From assembly GCA_963667845.2 (NCBI GenBank), contig CAXXVL010000002.1:736001-800000 (forward strand): a stretch of DNA of 64,000 nucleotides, in the 5' to 3' direction. The position numbers and the translations under genes are program-made. This DNA comes from Smithellaceae bacterium (GTDB lineage Bacteria; Desulfobacterota; Syntrophia; Syntrophales; Smithellaceae). The notes under the pieces were generated by a model. It ran no database searches, was not told where the DNA came from, and saw nothing but the letters and a program-made list of their open reading frames with translations. Shown one piece after another: positions 38,583 through 48,717 of this stretch (position 1 is the stretch's first letter; each line of letters starts with the position of its first letter).

Positions 38583-40031
38583 TTGAAAAAAATCCGGAAA
38601 ATATTAGTGGCGAACCGCGGTGAAATCGCTTTAAGAATTATTCGCACGGCAAAAGAAATGGGGCTCGACACGGCTGCCATCTATGAGAAACCGGACAGTG
38701 AAGCTTATTTCCTGCGTTTCGCCGACCAGGCCATTTTGATCGGCGACGGGCCCCGCAAAGATTATCTGAATATCGATAAGATCATTTGGGCAGCGCAGAA
38801 ATCCGGAGCAGATGCCATTCATCCCGGCTATGGCTTTTTATCGGAAAATCCGGACCTGGCCACAGCCTGCGAAGAGGCCGGGTTCACCTTTATCGGGCCT
38901 CCGCCCAAGGTCATCAGCGACTTGGGCAACAAGGTCGTCGCCCGCAGCATCATGGAAAAAGCCTCCATCCCTTTTGTGCCGGGAACTGGTGTCCTCTCCG
39001 AAGGCGAGGATGGTATCCGTGAAGCACTGGCCTTTGGCGCAAAGTATGGCTACCCCATCATGTTCAAAGCCTTGGCCGGCGGCGGCGGTCGCGGCATCCG
39101 TAAGATCACAGGTGAAGAAGACTTGCGGGTACAATTGCCGCAGGCCCGCTCGGAAGCACGTTCCGCATTCAACGACGACCGCATCTACATTGAAAAGGCC
39201 GTGGAATCGCCCCGGCATATCGAAGTCCAGATTCTGGCCGACGCATACGGCAACGTCATGCATCTCGGAACGAGAGATTGTTCCATCCAGAGGCGCCATC
39301 AGAAACTACTGGAAATCGCCCCCGCGGATCTGCCGCCTTCCGTCTTGGACGCGATGCATCAGACGGCCATTCGCGCCGCCAGTAAGGCCGGCTATGTAAA
39401 CGCCGGCACGGTGGAGTTCCTGGTGGACCCGCAAACCAATGAATTTTGGTTCATGGAAGTGAACACCCGCCTCCAGGTGGAGCACACCGTGACGGAAATC
39501 CTCACGGGCATCGATATTATCCGCCAGCAGATTCTCCTGGCCGAAGGGGGACGGCTGGAAATTCCGGAAGAACGCATCCATCTGGTCGGCAAGGCCATTC
39601 AGGTCCGGATCAATGCCGAAGACCCGAAAAACAACTTTATGCCGGAAGGCGGCAAACGCGTGGAAGTCTACCAGTCGCCCGGTGGTCCGGAGATCCGCCT
39701 CGACGGCATTGTCTATCAGGGCTACAAGATACCCACCGATTACGATTCCCTCCTCGTGAAACTGACGGTGCGCGGCTATTCCTGGGAGCAAACCATTCAA
39801 CGCCTGAAGCGGGCGCTCCGGGATTTCTTAATTGTCGGCCCGAAAACCACGATTCCATTTTATCTTTCCATTTGCGATGAAAAAGATTTTCGCAGTGGTC
39901 AATTCACGACCAGCTATCTCGATCTGCACCCCGAAATATTTGACTATCCCGAAACGGAGCGGGAAATCGCCAGGCTATCCAAACTCATCGCGGAAATCCA
40001 CTCGCTGAAAATCAATCCCTACGCCTACTGA
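38583..40031 (+). CDS. pycA: Biotin carboxylase (pyruvate carboxylase subunit A)
   Basis: ANRGEIA, HPGYGFLSEN, GGGGRG, RDCSIQRRHQK, EVNTRLQVEH; TTG start. Confidence 0.88.
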   Translation: MKKIRKILVANRGEIALRIIRTAKEMGLDTAAIYEKPDSEAYFLRFADQAILIGDGPRKDYLNIDKIIWAAQKSGADAIHPGYGFLSENPDLATACEEAGFTFIGPPPKVISDLGNKVVARSIMEKASIPFVPGTGVLSEGEDGIREALAFGAKYGYPIMFKALAGGGGRGIRKITGEEDLRVQLPQARSEARSAFNDDRIYIEKAVESPRHIEVQILADAYGNVMHLGTRDCSIQRRHQKLLEIAPADLPPSVLDAMHQTAIRAASKAGYVNAGTVEFLVDPQTNEFWFMEVNTRLQVEHTVTEILTGIDIIRQQILLAEGGRLEIPEERIHLVGKAIQVRINAEDPKNNFMPEGGKRVEVYQSPGGPEIRLDGIVYQGYKIPTDYDSLLVKLTVRGYSWEQTIQRLKRALRDFLIVGPKTTIPFYLSICDEKDFRSGQFTTSYLDLHPEIFDYPETEREIARLSKLIAEIHSLKINPYAY

Positions 40032-40060
40032 CAGAAAAAGCGCCAAGGAGAAACTGTTTT

Positions 40061-41992
40061 ATGAAAAGCTTACCCGAAGGACGAATCACCCCCCGGGAAC
40101 TTAAAAACACCGGAGTAAAATCCATACTCGATAAGATGCGCCGGCAAGAAGGATACTACGTTACCAACGCGGAACGGGATTTGTCCCAGTCGGATTTTAA
40201 AAATCGGATCATGCCCCATACGCAGATTCTGGTGGCTCCGGAAAGAAATGCCGCCGGTTTCTTTTCCCTGGAAATCACCGGCGGTGCGTCAGTGCATGTT
40301 GACCTGCTGCGCAAGCAGATGAATCCCCTCGAGAAGCTTGAGGTGCTTTCCGGTTACATGCCGGATACTCTTTTTCAGACGCTGTGCCGGGGCATCAATC
40401 TGTTCGGCTACCGCCCTTATCCGGAAAATGTCATCCGCCTGACCGTAGAGACGTTTGCGCGTTACGTCCACGTCTGGCGTGTTTTCGATTTCCTGAATTA
40501 TATTCCCAACATGATTCCCGTCTATGAAGAAGTCAAAAAGGCGGGACGGATTCTCGAAGCCGCAGTTTGTTTTTCCACCGGCCCCGAACACACCAACAAG
40601 TTCTACCTGAAAAAGGTTGCCGAGATTCTTGAGGTGACCGGACCGGATATCATTCTGGCCGTCAAGAATCACGCCGGCCTGGGAACGCCCCGGCGCATCG
40701 GCGATCTGATCCACGCGATTATGCAGAGGCATCCCGATCTGCTCGTTCATTACCACGGCCACAACACCGACGGCAACGAAATCGGCCGAGTGGTCACCGC
40801 CGTCCAAAACGGCGCAAAGATTTTCGACGCGGGAGACCATGCCCTGACCGGATTCTACGGCCCGCCACCGCTTCTTACCATTGTGAACATCCTCGATGAC
40901 TATGGCCACACGGCGATCGGTCTGGACAAGCAGGCTATCGTTGACGCCTCCAACAAGCTAAGACGGGAACGCCCGTGTTATCGTGATTTCGAGTCGCAGT
41001 TTTTCGGGTTTGATCCGACCGTGCAAACTCACAAGTTGCCCGGCGGGGCCACAGGTTCGAGTTTCGAGCAGGCGCAGAAAGGCGGATTTCTGACACGCAT
41101 GCCGGAAATTTTACAGAAGGAACTGCCCCGCGTGCAGACAGAACTGGGAAATTTTTGGAGCGTGACGCCCGGATCGCAGATTCTCTGGACGACAGCCGCC
41201 AACAATGTCGTCAAGGGAGCACGCTACAAAGACGCCAGCGATGATCTGAAGAACCTGCTGCTGGAACGATACGGCAAGTTTCCGTTTTATAAGCCGGGAC
41301 CCGAAATTTATGAAGCTGTGTTCGGTGAGGATTGGAAGAAGATTGTCAAAAGAGAATCTGGTTATCAGAAGATTGAAGATATCGACTTGACCATTGAAAA
41401 GAGAATGCTGGATCACGCGTTGGGCCGGAAAGCCACCGATGATGAACTGGTGCTGTATCTGCAGCATCCTAATGACGCCGTGAGCTTCTTCAAATTTGAG
41501 GAAAAATTCGGCAAGACCTGGGTTCTGCCGCCCAGTGTGTGGTTCAGGCGCGGCGGATTCAGCATCGGCGACAAATTTGAATTCCCCGACGCCTACGGCA
41601 AACACCATACCATTGAAATCGGCCCGATGCGGCGCACCAAAGACGGCGACTACATGACGATCCTCGGCGTCGATTATCATCCGGAGCCGATCTTAACAGC
41701 GGCAGAAGACGAAGCCGGTGAAAAAGCAAAAGTCAAGGTCACCCTTTCCGCCAAAGAAATAGAGACGCTGGCTCGGATAGGCGATATCCGCGCGACAATG
41801 AAAGGCGCGGTCAATCAGATCCCGGTGGCCGTGGGCGAAGCGGTCAGTGAAGGGGACGTTCTCGTTGTTTTGGAAGCCATGAAAATGCTGACCAACATCA
41901 CGGCCGAAATCAATGGCAAAGTGACAGATATTTTTGTTTCTCCCGGCTCCTCCGTGGAAATCGGCGATAAGCTGATGATGATTGAGATATAG
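40061..41992 (+). CDS. pycB: Carboxyltransferase + biotin carrier (pyruvate carboxylase subunit B-like)
   Basis: RDLSQS, RVFDFLN, HxH (HYHGH), HKLPGG, SVTPGSQ; biotinylation motif EAMKM. Confidence 0.8.
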   Translation: MKSLPEGRITPRELKNTGVKSILDKMRRQEGYYVTNAERDLSQSDFKNRIMPHTQILVAPERNAAGFFSLEITGGASVHVDLLRKQMNPLEKLEVLSGYMPDTLFQTLCRGINLFGYRPYPENVIRLTVETFARYVHVWRVFDFLNYIPNMIPVYEEVKKAGRILEAAVCFSTGPEHTNKFYLKKVAEILEVTGPDIILAVKNHAGLGTPRRIGDLIHAIMQRHPDLLVHYHGHNTDGNEIGRVVTAVQNGAKIFDAGDHALTGFYGPPPLLTIVNILDDYGHTAIGLDKQAIVDASNKLRRERPCYRDFESQFFGFDPTVQTHKLPGGATGSSFEQAQKGGFLTRMPEILQKELPRVQTELGNFWSVTPGSQILWTTAANNVVKGARYKDASDDLKNLLLERYGKFPFYKPGPEIYEAVFGEDWKKIVKRESGYQKIEDIDLTIEKRMLDHALGRKATDDELVLYLQHPNDAVSFFKFEEKFGKTWVLPPSVWFRRGGFSIGDKFEFPDAYGKHHTIEIGPMRRTKDGDYMTILGVDYHPEPILTAAEDEAGEKAKVKVTLSAKEIETLARIGDIRATMKGAVNQIPVAVGEAVSEGDVLVVLEAMKMLTNITAEINGKVTDIFVSPGSSVEIGDKLMMIEI

Positions 41993-42018
41993 GTTGTTAG
42001 ACTGTGGACTTTTAGTCT

Positions 42019-42058
42019 ATTAAAGAAGGGAACGGCTATTAGCGTTCCCTTCTTTAAT
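42019..42058. terminator. Bidirectional terminator between pycB and cstA
   Basis: ATTAAAGAAGGGAACG...CGTTCCCTTCTTTAAT. Confidence 0.85.
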
Positions 42059-42071
42059 TTCAATGATGTCT

Positions 42072-43826
42072 TTATGCAGCCGCTCCCGCGCCATTCTTCT
42101 TCAGTTCCTTCCACTTCCTGAGAGCTAAATAAATTACGCCAAGAGAAAGAATAATCAGACCAACGTCCGTTACGGCAAGTGCCATGTTGCTCTTGGGAAT
42201 GTACTTATTGATCAGAAGGGACAGAAGCGAATAGATGGTGGTGACCATCATGAAAATCGCCGGCAGGATGGTAAACCAGGCTGTTTTCTTTCTTTTCGTG
42301 AGCCAGGCCGACACGGCAATTAAGGCGAGCGACGCGAGTAATTGATTGGCCGAGCCGAAGATCGGCCAGATGGCCGCAAAGGCATTCGTATACGCCAGAA
42401 GATACATCAAAACGACGCAGAGCAGAGCATTGAAAAGATATGATTTCATGATTTTCGGAACTTTTTTGAAAATTACCTGCCAGAGCTCTTCAAACAGGTA
42501 CCGGTTCAACCGGACGGCCGTGTCCAGCGTCGTAATTACGAAACCCTCAACCATCAGGATCCCGAAAACCGTCCCGTAAATCGGCGGAATGCCCAGGGCT
42601 TTATCCAGCAGTCCGCCGACGCTGACGGCAAACGCCAGAATCGGATTGGCTTTGACGCCGACCGCCGTGGGGAAAGCGATATTCACATAGTCGCTGAAGG
42701 CGATGCCGCAGCCGACGGCAATCATGACACCAATCGCCAGCAATCCCTCCAGCAACATTCCGCCAAAGGCAATCTTTTTAACATGCGATTCTTTGGAAAC
42801 CTGCTTGCTGGACGTTCCCCCCGCCACCAGGCAATGAAACCCGGAAACGGCGCCGCAGGCCACCGTAATAAACAGAAAGGGCCAGATAGGACCCAGTTTA
42901 CTGCTCCCCGCCGCCAAGTTGAAGGCGGGCGCCGTAAAGGTCACGCCTTTGAATCCGGCCACAATGCCGCCGATAAACAGCGCCGCGACGCCCACATAGA
43001 GTAAAAAAGAATTGGTAAAATCCCGGGGCTGCAGAATAATCCATACGGGAATTCCGGCCGCAATCAGCGTATAGAAACAAAGAATGATCATCCAGATATC
43101 GGGGCCCAGCGTCACCGGAAACCGCATGCCGACAAGAATGGAACCGATACAAACGATGACGGCCAGGGAGGCCGCCCAATAAACATGAATTCCCCGTTTA
43201 TAGACCAGCCAGCCGAGAAATGGCGCAAAAGCGGTGATGATAATGAGGGACGTTGAGGAAATCCCTCCGATCTGCGCGTTGAGCATACCATTAACCATAG
43301 CGGTATTCACGATATTCTGGTTGGGATCCAGTCGCATCATTTCAAGGGGAACCATAGAGGTGAGCGACACGGCGGTCAGCCCCAGAAACGCGGAGGTCAG
43401 AAGCAGGAGCATCAGGATGGCAAAACTGATGAATAAGAAGAACCCCGTGCTTCCCAGAGACTCCTTGGCGATCTCCGCGATGGATTTGCCTTTCTCCCGG
43501 ACACTGGCAAACAAAACGGTCATGTCCTGAACGGCACCGATAAAAATGGTGCCCACAACCGCCCACAGCCAGACGGGCAAAAATCCGAAAAGAATCGCCA
43601 CAGTGGGGCCGATGATGGGCCCGCCGCCGGCAATGCTTGCAAAATGATGGCCGAAAAGAATCAGGGGCTTAGTCGGCACATAGTCGCAATCGTCTTTCAG
43701 GGAACAAGCCGGTGTCGGGTTGTTGTCATTTTCTTCGAAAAGTCTTGCTATAAACCGAGCATAAAAACGATACGCCAAATAAAATAGTGCTGCCGCAATA
43801 ATCAATAATACTGCTACATTCATCAT
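42072..43826 (-). CDS. cstA: Carbon starvation protein A family transporter
   Basis: FGHHFASIAGGGPIIGP, LQPRD, ITVACGAVSGFH, TTLDTAVR, IWPIFGSANQL. Confidence 0.96.
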   Translation of the reverse strand: MMNVAVLLIIAAALFYLAYRFYARFIARLFEENDNNPTPACSLKDDCDYVPTKPLILFGHHFASIAGGGPIIGPTVAILFGFLPVWLWAVVGTIFIGAVQDMTVLFASVREKGKSIAEIAKESLGSTGFFLFISFAILMLLLLTSAFLGLTAVSLTSMVPLEMMRLDPNQNIVNTAMVNGMLNAQIGGISSTSLIIITAFAPFLGWLVYKRGIHVYWAASLAVIVCIGSILVGMRFPVTLGPDIWMIILCFYTLIAAGIPVWIILQPRDFTNSFLLYVGVAALFIGGIVAGFKGVTFTAPAFNLAAGSSKLGPIWPFLFITVACGAVSGFHCLVAGGTSSKQVSKESHVKKIAFGGMLLEGLLAIGVMIAVGCGIAFSDYVNIAFPTAVGVKANPILAFAVSVGGLLDKALGIPPIYGTVFGILMVEGFVITTLDTAVRLNRYLFEELWQVIFKKVPKIMKSYLFNALLCVVLMYLLAYTNAFAAIWPIFGSANQLLASLALIAVSAWLTKRKKTAWFTILPAIFMMVTTIYSLLSLLINKYIPKSNMALAVTDVGLIILSLGVIYLALRKWKELKKNGAGAAA

Positions 43827-44275
43827 TTTCTCCTTAATCTACATGTCGTACAGGTACTTCATGACAGGGTGAAAAAAAATGGTTCACTTTCATTTATTGA
43901 CCGGCTTTTGCCCTCCTTTCGAAATATTTTTATAAAAAAGCCTCGGCGGCTCATTGTCTTTTGGAATAAAGTTATTATGATGATGTAATAGATTTTATTG
44001 AAGAAATTATTGTATTTGAGATTACTCATATCAGGTTTCACTCATTTGTGGCAGAGATCATGATATACAAAATTCAGTTCAATTCAAGAGTTTTTTGAAC
44101 AGTAAAAGCCATTCTTTGGTTCTTGACAATATTAAAATTGATGATATGGCAAAATAAACCGATCGTGAAGTGTGCGTGTCGATATGTTCGGCGATGCCGG
44201 AAAAGATTTTTAAGGCCTTGTCGGGCCAGATCAAAGTGATGAGCTACTAAAATAAATATAGAAGGAGTGAGTTTT

Positions 44276-45388
44276 ATGATTAAATCAAGATTGTGTGATC
44301 TGGTGGGGATCAAATATCCTATCATCCAGGCGGGTATGGGACCTTTTTCCAATAATAACCTTTGCGTCGCCGCGGCGAATGCCGGTGTTCTCGGGCTTCT
44401 CTCGACAAGCGGTCTTTTCAACAAGCAAGACCAGCCCTGGATCTACGAGGCTTTCATCAAAACAGCCGATTCCACCATGAACGATGATATGGCGACGGTT
44501 CTGGAAAATCTCTTAAAAAGAACCTATCGTCTTACCAAGGATCAGGGCGGCGTTTTCGGCATCAATGTCATGGTATCAGCAGAGCTTCGAGATAAAGCGA
44601 TGGTCATGATCGATACGGCCATCAAGGTTCGGGAAGAAAATCCGGATATTAAGAAACACTTTAAAGTCATCTTTACCTCCGCCGGTGACCCGGTCGGATT
44701 GAAAGACAAGATCAAGGGCGCAGGCTTCACCTGGATGCATGTGGTTCCATCCGTCAAGGGTGCACAGCGCTGTAAGAAAGCTGGCGTGGACGTCATCGTT
44801 GCCTCCGGGCACGAGGGCGGATTCCATACATCGTGGGAACCGGTTCACTCGATGATTCTTCTTCCCGCCGTGGTTGAAGCCGTTTCCGATGAGAAAACCC
44901 TTGTCTGCGGCGCCGGTGGATTCTGCGACGGCAAGACCCTCGCGGCCGCGCTGGTCCTGGGCGCTGACGGAGCCCAGATGGGTACACGCTTCCTGGCTAC
45001 TCAGGAAAGCGATTTCCACCAGATCTGGAAGCAAGGCGTCGTGGACGCGGGCGACCGCGGCACGCTGGTGGCGCGTGGCTTTGTCGGACCGGCGCGCTGG
45101 ATTAAGAATAAACGCAGTGAGGTCCATGCACTCAATACCTTGCAAAAATCCCCGGGCGTCTTTTTAGGTACACCGGATGATTATACCACCATTGACATGG
45201 CTCTGATCGACTATGAGGTTGATTCCATCCGCGCCGTCTGCCTGGGTGACCAGGAAAAAGCCATGATGGCCGCCGGAGAAGCAGCTCAGCGGATCAACGA
45301 TATGCCCAAGGTCAATGACCTGGTTCAAACTATCGTCACCGATGCAGAAACTATTCTCAGGAATGTGCAGACCAAAATCCTGGGTTAA
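44276..45388 (+). CDS. Nitronate monooxygenase / enoyl-ACP reductase II (FabK)-like flavoprotein
   Basis: YPIIQAGMG, GHEGGFH, AGGFCDG, GAQMGTRF; AGGAG RBS. Confidence 0.88.
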   Translation: MIKSRLCDLVGIKYPIIQAGMGPFSNNNLCVAAANAGVLGLLSTSGLFNKQDQPWIYEAFIKTADSTMNDDMATVLENLLKRTYRLTKDQGGVFGINVMVSAELRDKAMVMIDTAIKVREENPDIKKHFKVIFTSAGDPVGLKDKIKGAGFTWMHVVPSVKGAQRCKKAGVDVIVASGHEGGFHTSWEPVHSMILLPAVVEAVSDEKTLVCGAGGFCDGKTLAAALVLGADGAQMGTRFLATQESDFHQIWKQGVVDAGDRGTLVARGFVGPARWIKNKRSEVHALNTLQKSPGVFLGTPDDYTTIDMALIDYEVDSIRAVCLGDQEKAMMAAGEAAQRINDMPKVNDLVQTIVTDAETILRNVQTKILG

Positions 45389-45417
45389 TCAACTTACTCA
45401 TCCTCGCAAGAGTGCTT

Positions 45418-45451
45418 AAGAGGGGACGGCCTCGGCCGTTCCCTCTTTTTT
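45418..45451 (+). terminator. Intrinsic terminator
   Basis: AAGAGGGGACGGCC-TC-GGCCGTTCCCTCTTTTT. Confidence 0.75.
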
Positions 45452-45696
45452 GTGTCATCGTCATGAGGGTCCTTTGCGTATCAGAAGGCTGATGCTTGCA
45501 GTGACGCGCGTTCTCCCAGTTCAAGCGGTCGATGAAACCAATCATAAGGACGCAAAAGCGTCGCTGACGATCTATCTAAAATAGCGGTGCTCTTTCCGCT
45601 TGACACGGTTGTGTGTTCTTTCTATAGTGCCGGTCACGAGGAGTCGTTCGTCAATCGATTAATTTTAATAAAATCATAACATAAGGAGGAAAAACA

Positions 45697-46479
45697 ATGG
45701 CTTTTGAATATGAGAAACTGACAGTGGAACAAGACGGCATGGTTGTCGTCGCGGCAATCAATCATCCGCCGGCAAATTCAATGGGACAGGGAGTTTTGAG
45801 AGACCTCGAAGACCTGCTGAAGAAATGTGAAAAAGACGACGCCGTACGCGTCATCATCATCACCGGCACCGGCAGCAAATTGTTTTCCGCGGGCGCGGAC
45901 ATTACCGAATTCGCAGGACTTCAAGCTGGAAATATTCCCAAGTACAACGGCAATGAGATTTATTTCAAAATTGAAAATTATCCGAAAGTCATCATTGCCG
46001 CCATGCAGGGGGGTGCTTACGGAGGAGGCCTGGAATTAGCCTGCTGCTGCCATCTCAGAATCATGGCCGAAGAAGCAACATTGGGCCTTCCGGAAGTCAA
46101 ACTGGGCCTCAATCCCGGCTGGGGCGGCACGCAGCGCCTGCCCCGCTTCATCGGCAAGACCAAAGCTCTGGAACTTATGCTGACCGGCGATTTTATGCCG
46201 GCAAAAGACGCGTTGGCATTGGGGCTGCTCAACAAAGTCGTTCCGCAGGCTGAAGTGCTGGCAACAGCCAAGAAACTAGCCAAGAAACTAGCCAATGGCG
46301 CTCCGGTCGCGCAGCGTGAGATTATGAGAGCGGTTCGGGAAGGGCTGGAAACCACAGTCTTCGAAGGCGTTATGAAAGTTGAATACAGCGCCAGCAAAGC
46401 GTTGCAATTTACCGAAGATTTCAAGGAAGGCGCAAAGGCATTCCTCGAGAAAAGAGCACCGGTTTTCAAAGGCCGATAG
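45697..46479 (+). CDS. Enoyl-CoA hydratase (crotonase family)
   Basis: FSAGADI, GGGLE and PEVKLG (both catalytic Glu), GGTQRLPR. Confidence 0.95.
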   Translation: MAFEYEKLTVEQDGMVVVAAINHPPANSMGQGVLRDLEDLLKKCEKDDAVRVIIITGTGSKLFSAGADITEFAGLQAGNIPKYNGNEIYFKIENYPKVIIAAMQGGAYGGGLELACCCHLRIMAEEATLGLPEVKLGLNPGWGGTQRLPRFIGKTKALELMLTGDFMPAKDALALGLLNKVVPQAEVLATAKKLAKKLANGAPVAQREIMRAVREGLETTVFEGVMKVEYSASKALQFTEDFKEGAKAFLEKRAPVFKGR

Positions 46480-46512
46480 TTGCGAACGGCTTAACCGTTT
46501 GACTAAAGATGC

Positions 46513-46551
46513 AAAGGCGGCGGTTGGATTCTTCCAACCGCCGCCTTTTTT
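46513..46551. terminator. Bidirectional terminator
   Basis: AAAGGCGGCGGTTGGA-TTCT-TCCAACCGCCGCCTTTTTT. Confidence 0.88.
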
Positions 46552-46567
46552 GATCTGCAATAAAATC

Positions 46568-47185
46568 TCAGAGTGTATAAAGCTCTCTGATATCTGTTTG
46601 AGGATAAGAAAGCCTGCCGCCTTTATCAATAACCTGATTGCGGTACTTCTTCACAGAAATGACTTCCAGGGTCTCGATATGCTGGATGCTTTTGAGCATT
46701 TTGGTTTTGCCAAGTAATTTCTTGTAACTATCATAGGATTCCGTAATCACTTCGACAATAAATGAACTCGCTCCCTGAATGTGCAGAATGGAATGCACGA
46801 TGCGCATCTTTTTCAGCAATTCGATCAGTTTTTCGTCGTGATGCGGATTATCAATGAGCATGAAAAAATGAAAACGGTCCGTAAGATCCCTGTAATCTTT
46901 TAAATCAAATTCTCCCTTTTGTTTGAAGACATCAATCACTTTCTGTGTCTGCATGGAAATGACCGACGGAATACCTGCGGCAAGTTTGAGTGATTTGAGC
47001 TGGTTAATCCAATCGCTTAACTGCGCTTTATCGTCAAAATTGGAGTCGATGATGTAACTATAACGTCCCATGACATGGAAAATGGATATCGCATGCGAAT
47101 TTCCTTTGAGAAATTCCATCACACCACTTTCCTCACCCCAGTTTTGGATAAAGATCAGTGCGTGCAGAACATGATTATTTGACAT
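46568..47185 (-). CDS. Tandem Lrp/AsnC ligand-binding-like domain protein without HTH
   Basis: Two similar halves (IFHVMGRYSYII / ILHIQGASSFIVEV); AGGAGG RBS before ATG 47185. Confidence 0.65.
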   Translation of the reverse strand: MSNNHVLHALIFIQNWGEESGVMEFLKGNSHAISIFHVMGRYSYIIDSNFDDKAQLSDWINQLKSLKLAAGIPSVISMQTQKVIDVFKQKGEFDLKDYRDLTDRFHFFMLIDNPHHDEKLIELLKKMRIVHSILHIQGASSFIVEVITESYDSYKKLLGKTKMLKSIQHIETLEVISVKKYRNQVIDKGGRLSYPQTDIRELYTL

Positions 47186-47337
47186 GGCTCCTCCTGTTTT
47201 TTTTGCAAGTGGCTTTGAAAAAAGGATTGAACTCATTTCCCTATGTGATGTAAAGTATATGAAATATGACATTGACGTGTCAAGCGGCATTTCGCGAGCA
47301 ACTGAAATTCTGAAAAAAACATGGTATGGAGGATAAT

Positions 47338-47763
47338 ATGAGAGTGAAGAAATTATTTTTTTATACGCTCTTGATGGCATTCTTTTTTGTACCGTCAACG
47401 TTACTTGCGGTAGACTTCGCCTGGATGTCCAATTTCAATATTCAGGCACAGGCAGATCCTTCCGGTTTTCGCGCGAAGATCGGAGCGCGGTTCAACATCG
47501 GCGATGCCCAGATCACAACCGTACTTAGCAATTTCCCCGAACCGGCCGATGCTTACGTCGCACTGCGTTTAGGGGAAATGTCCGGACGGCCGATTGACGT
47601 CGTGACGGAGCGATATCAGAAAAATAGAGGCCAAGGATGGGGAGCGCTGGCTAAAAGCCTGGGCATTAAACCCGGTTCGCCTGAATTCCATGCTCTCAAG
47701 CGCGGAGATGATCTCTATGGCCAAAAAGGCAAGAGCAAAGGTAAGAAGGATAAGAAAAAATAA
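47338..47763 (+). CDS. Secreted hypothetical protein (GQGWGALAKSLGIKPGS motif, Lys-rich tail)
   Basis: Signal peptide; GGAGG RBS. Confidence 0.8.
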   Translation: MRVKKLFFYTLLMAFFFVPSTLLAVDFAWMSNFNIQAQADPSGFRAKIGARFNIGDAQITTVLSNFPEPADAYVALRLGEMSGRPIDVVTERYQKNRGQGWGALAKSLGIKPGSPEFHALKRGDDLYGQKGKSKGKKDKKK

Positions 47764-48644
47764 GAACGCTATTTTGATATGCTAGTCCGTATATCCGATA
47801 ATCTCCCCGCGTCACTTTGATACAAAGATCGAGTTTTTTTCTGCGGAGAATACGGTCCTCTCAAAAAAATTGATGGTCACCGTTGACGGCGTACAGGGAT
47901 GGAAGCCGTCGACCAGACCGCAAAGCCTTGATGACGCACGCTTCACAAAAACTGACTATCACCTGCTGAAGAATCGGCTGGTTCTTTATGTACCGCCCGT
48001 CATGATATTTTATTCGGCTGCTATTTTTATTTGTCGGAGCATTTTATTTTCTATCTTCATCCCGGTGTTTATCAATGCAGTCGCAGCTATTCAGGGCATC
48101 TGATTTGCCGGAAATGAACAAGCCGGCAGGTACGGGAAAACGATAATTTGGGGCATCACTGAAGAAATCGGCCGGCCCCGATGAGCTCTCCTGCTGATCT
48201 TTGCCGAAGGCCGCAAATACTTATCAAAAAATTCTCTTTTGACGATCCGGCGAACAGGATAATGATGTCCAGCGTCAGACCTTCGGTTCCGACATTCAGT
48301 TCATCCGTCATTGAATAGCATTTGTTTAACCGAGGCGGCATCATCAAGATTATGACCGGCCGCAATGATCGACGCTTCCTGATGGAAACGGGTCAGCCGG
48401 CAGAACATGACGACTATGCTTTTATCTGCATCGAAGACGATTGGCCGAGTATGACTCAGGAAATGCGCAAGCGCTCATTTCCAAACCTTTTTTCATAACA
48501 AACCTGCGTGGCCGCCGCGTTGGAATTATCAAAAACCACGACGGCCTGACGACAGTTGATTCCGTATTGGGTAAAGACACAAGAGTCATCATCTATCTGC
48601 TCTGCGCCGAAAGCGGGGAAAAATGCAGGGAATCCGTTCAATAT

Positions 48645-48674
48645 AAAAGGCGGCATTCTTTCGAATGCCGCCTT
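48645..48674 (-). terminator. Terminator of the ABC/CoA-transferase operon
   Basis: AAAAGGCGGCATTC..GAATGCCGCCTT. Confidence 0.8.
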
Positions 48675-48717
48675 CCTCTGACTTTGTTTCTTTAAGCTCG
48701 CGTGCCCGACAGGGGTA

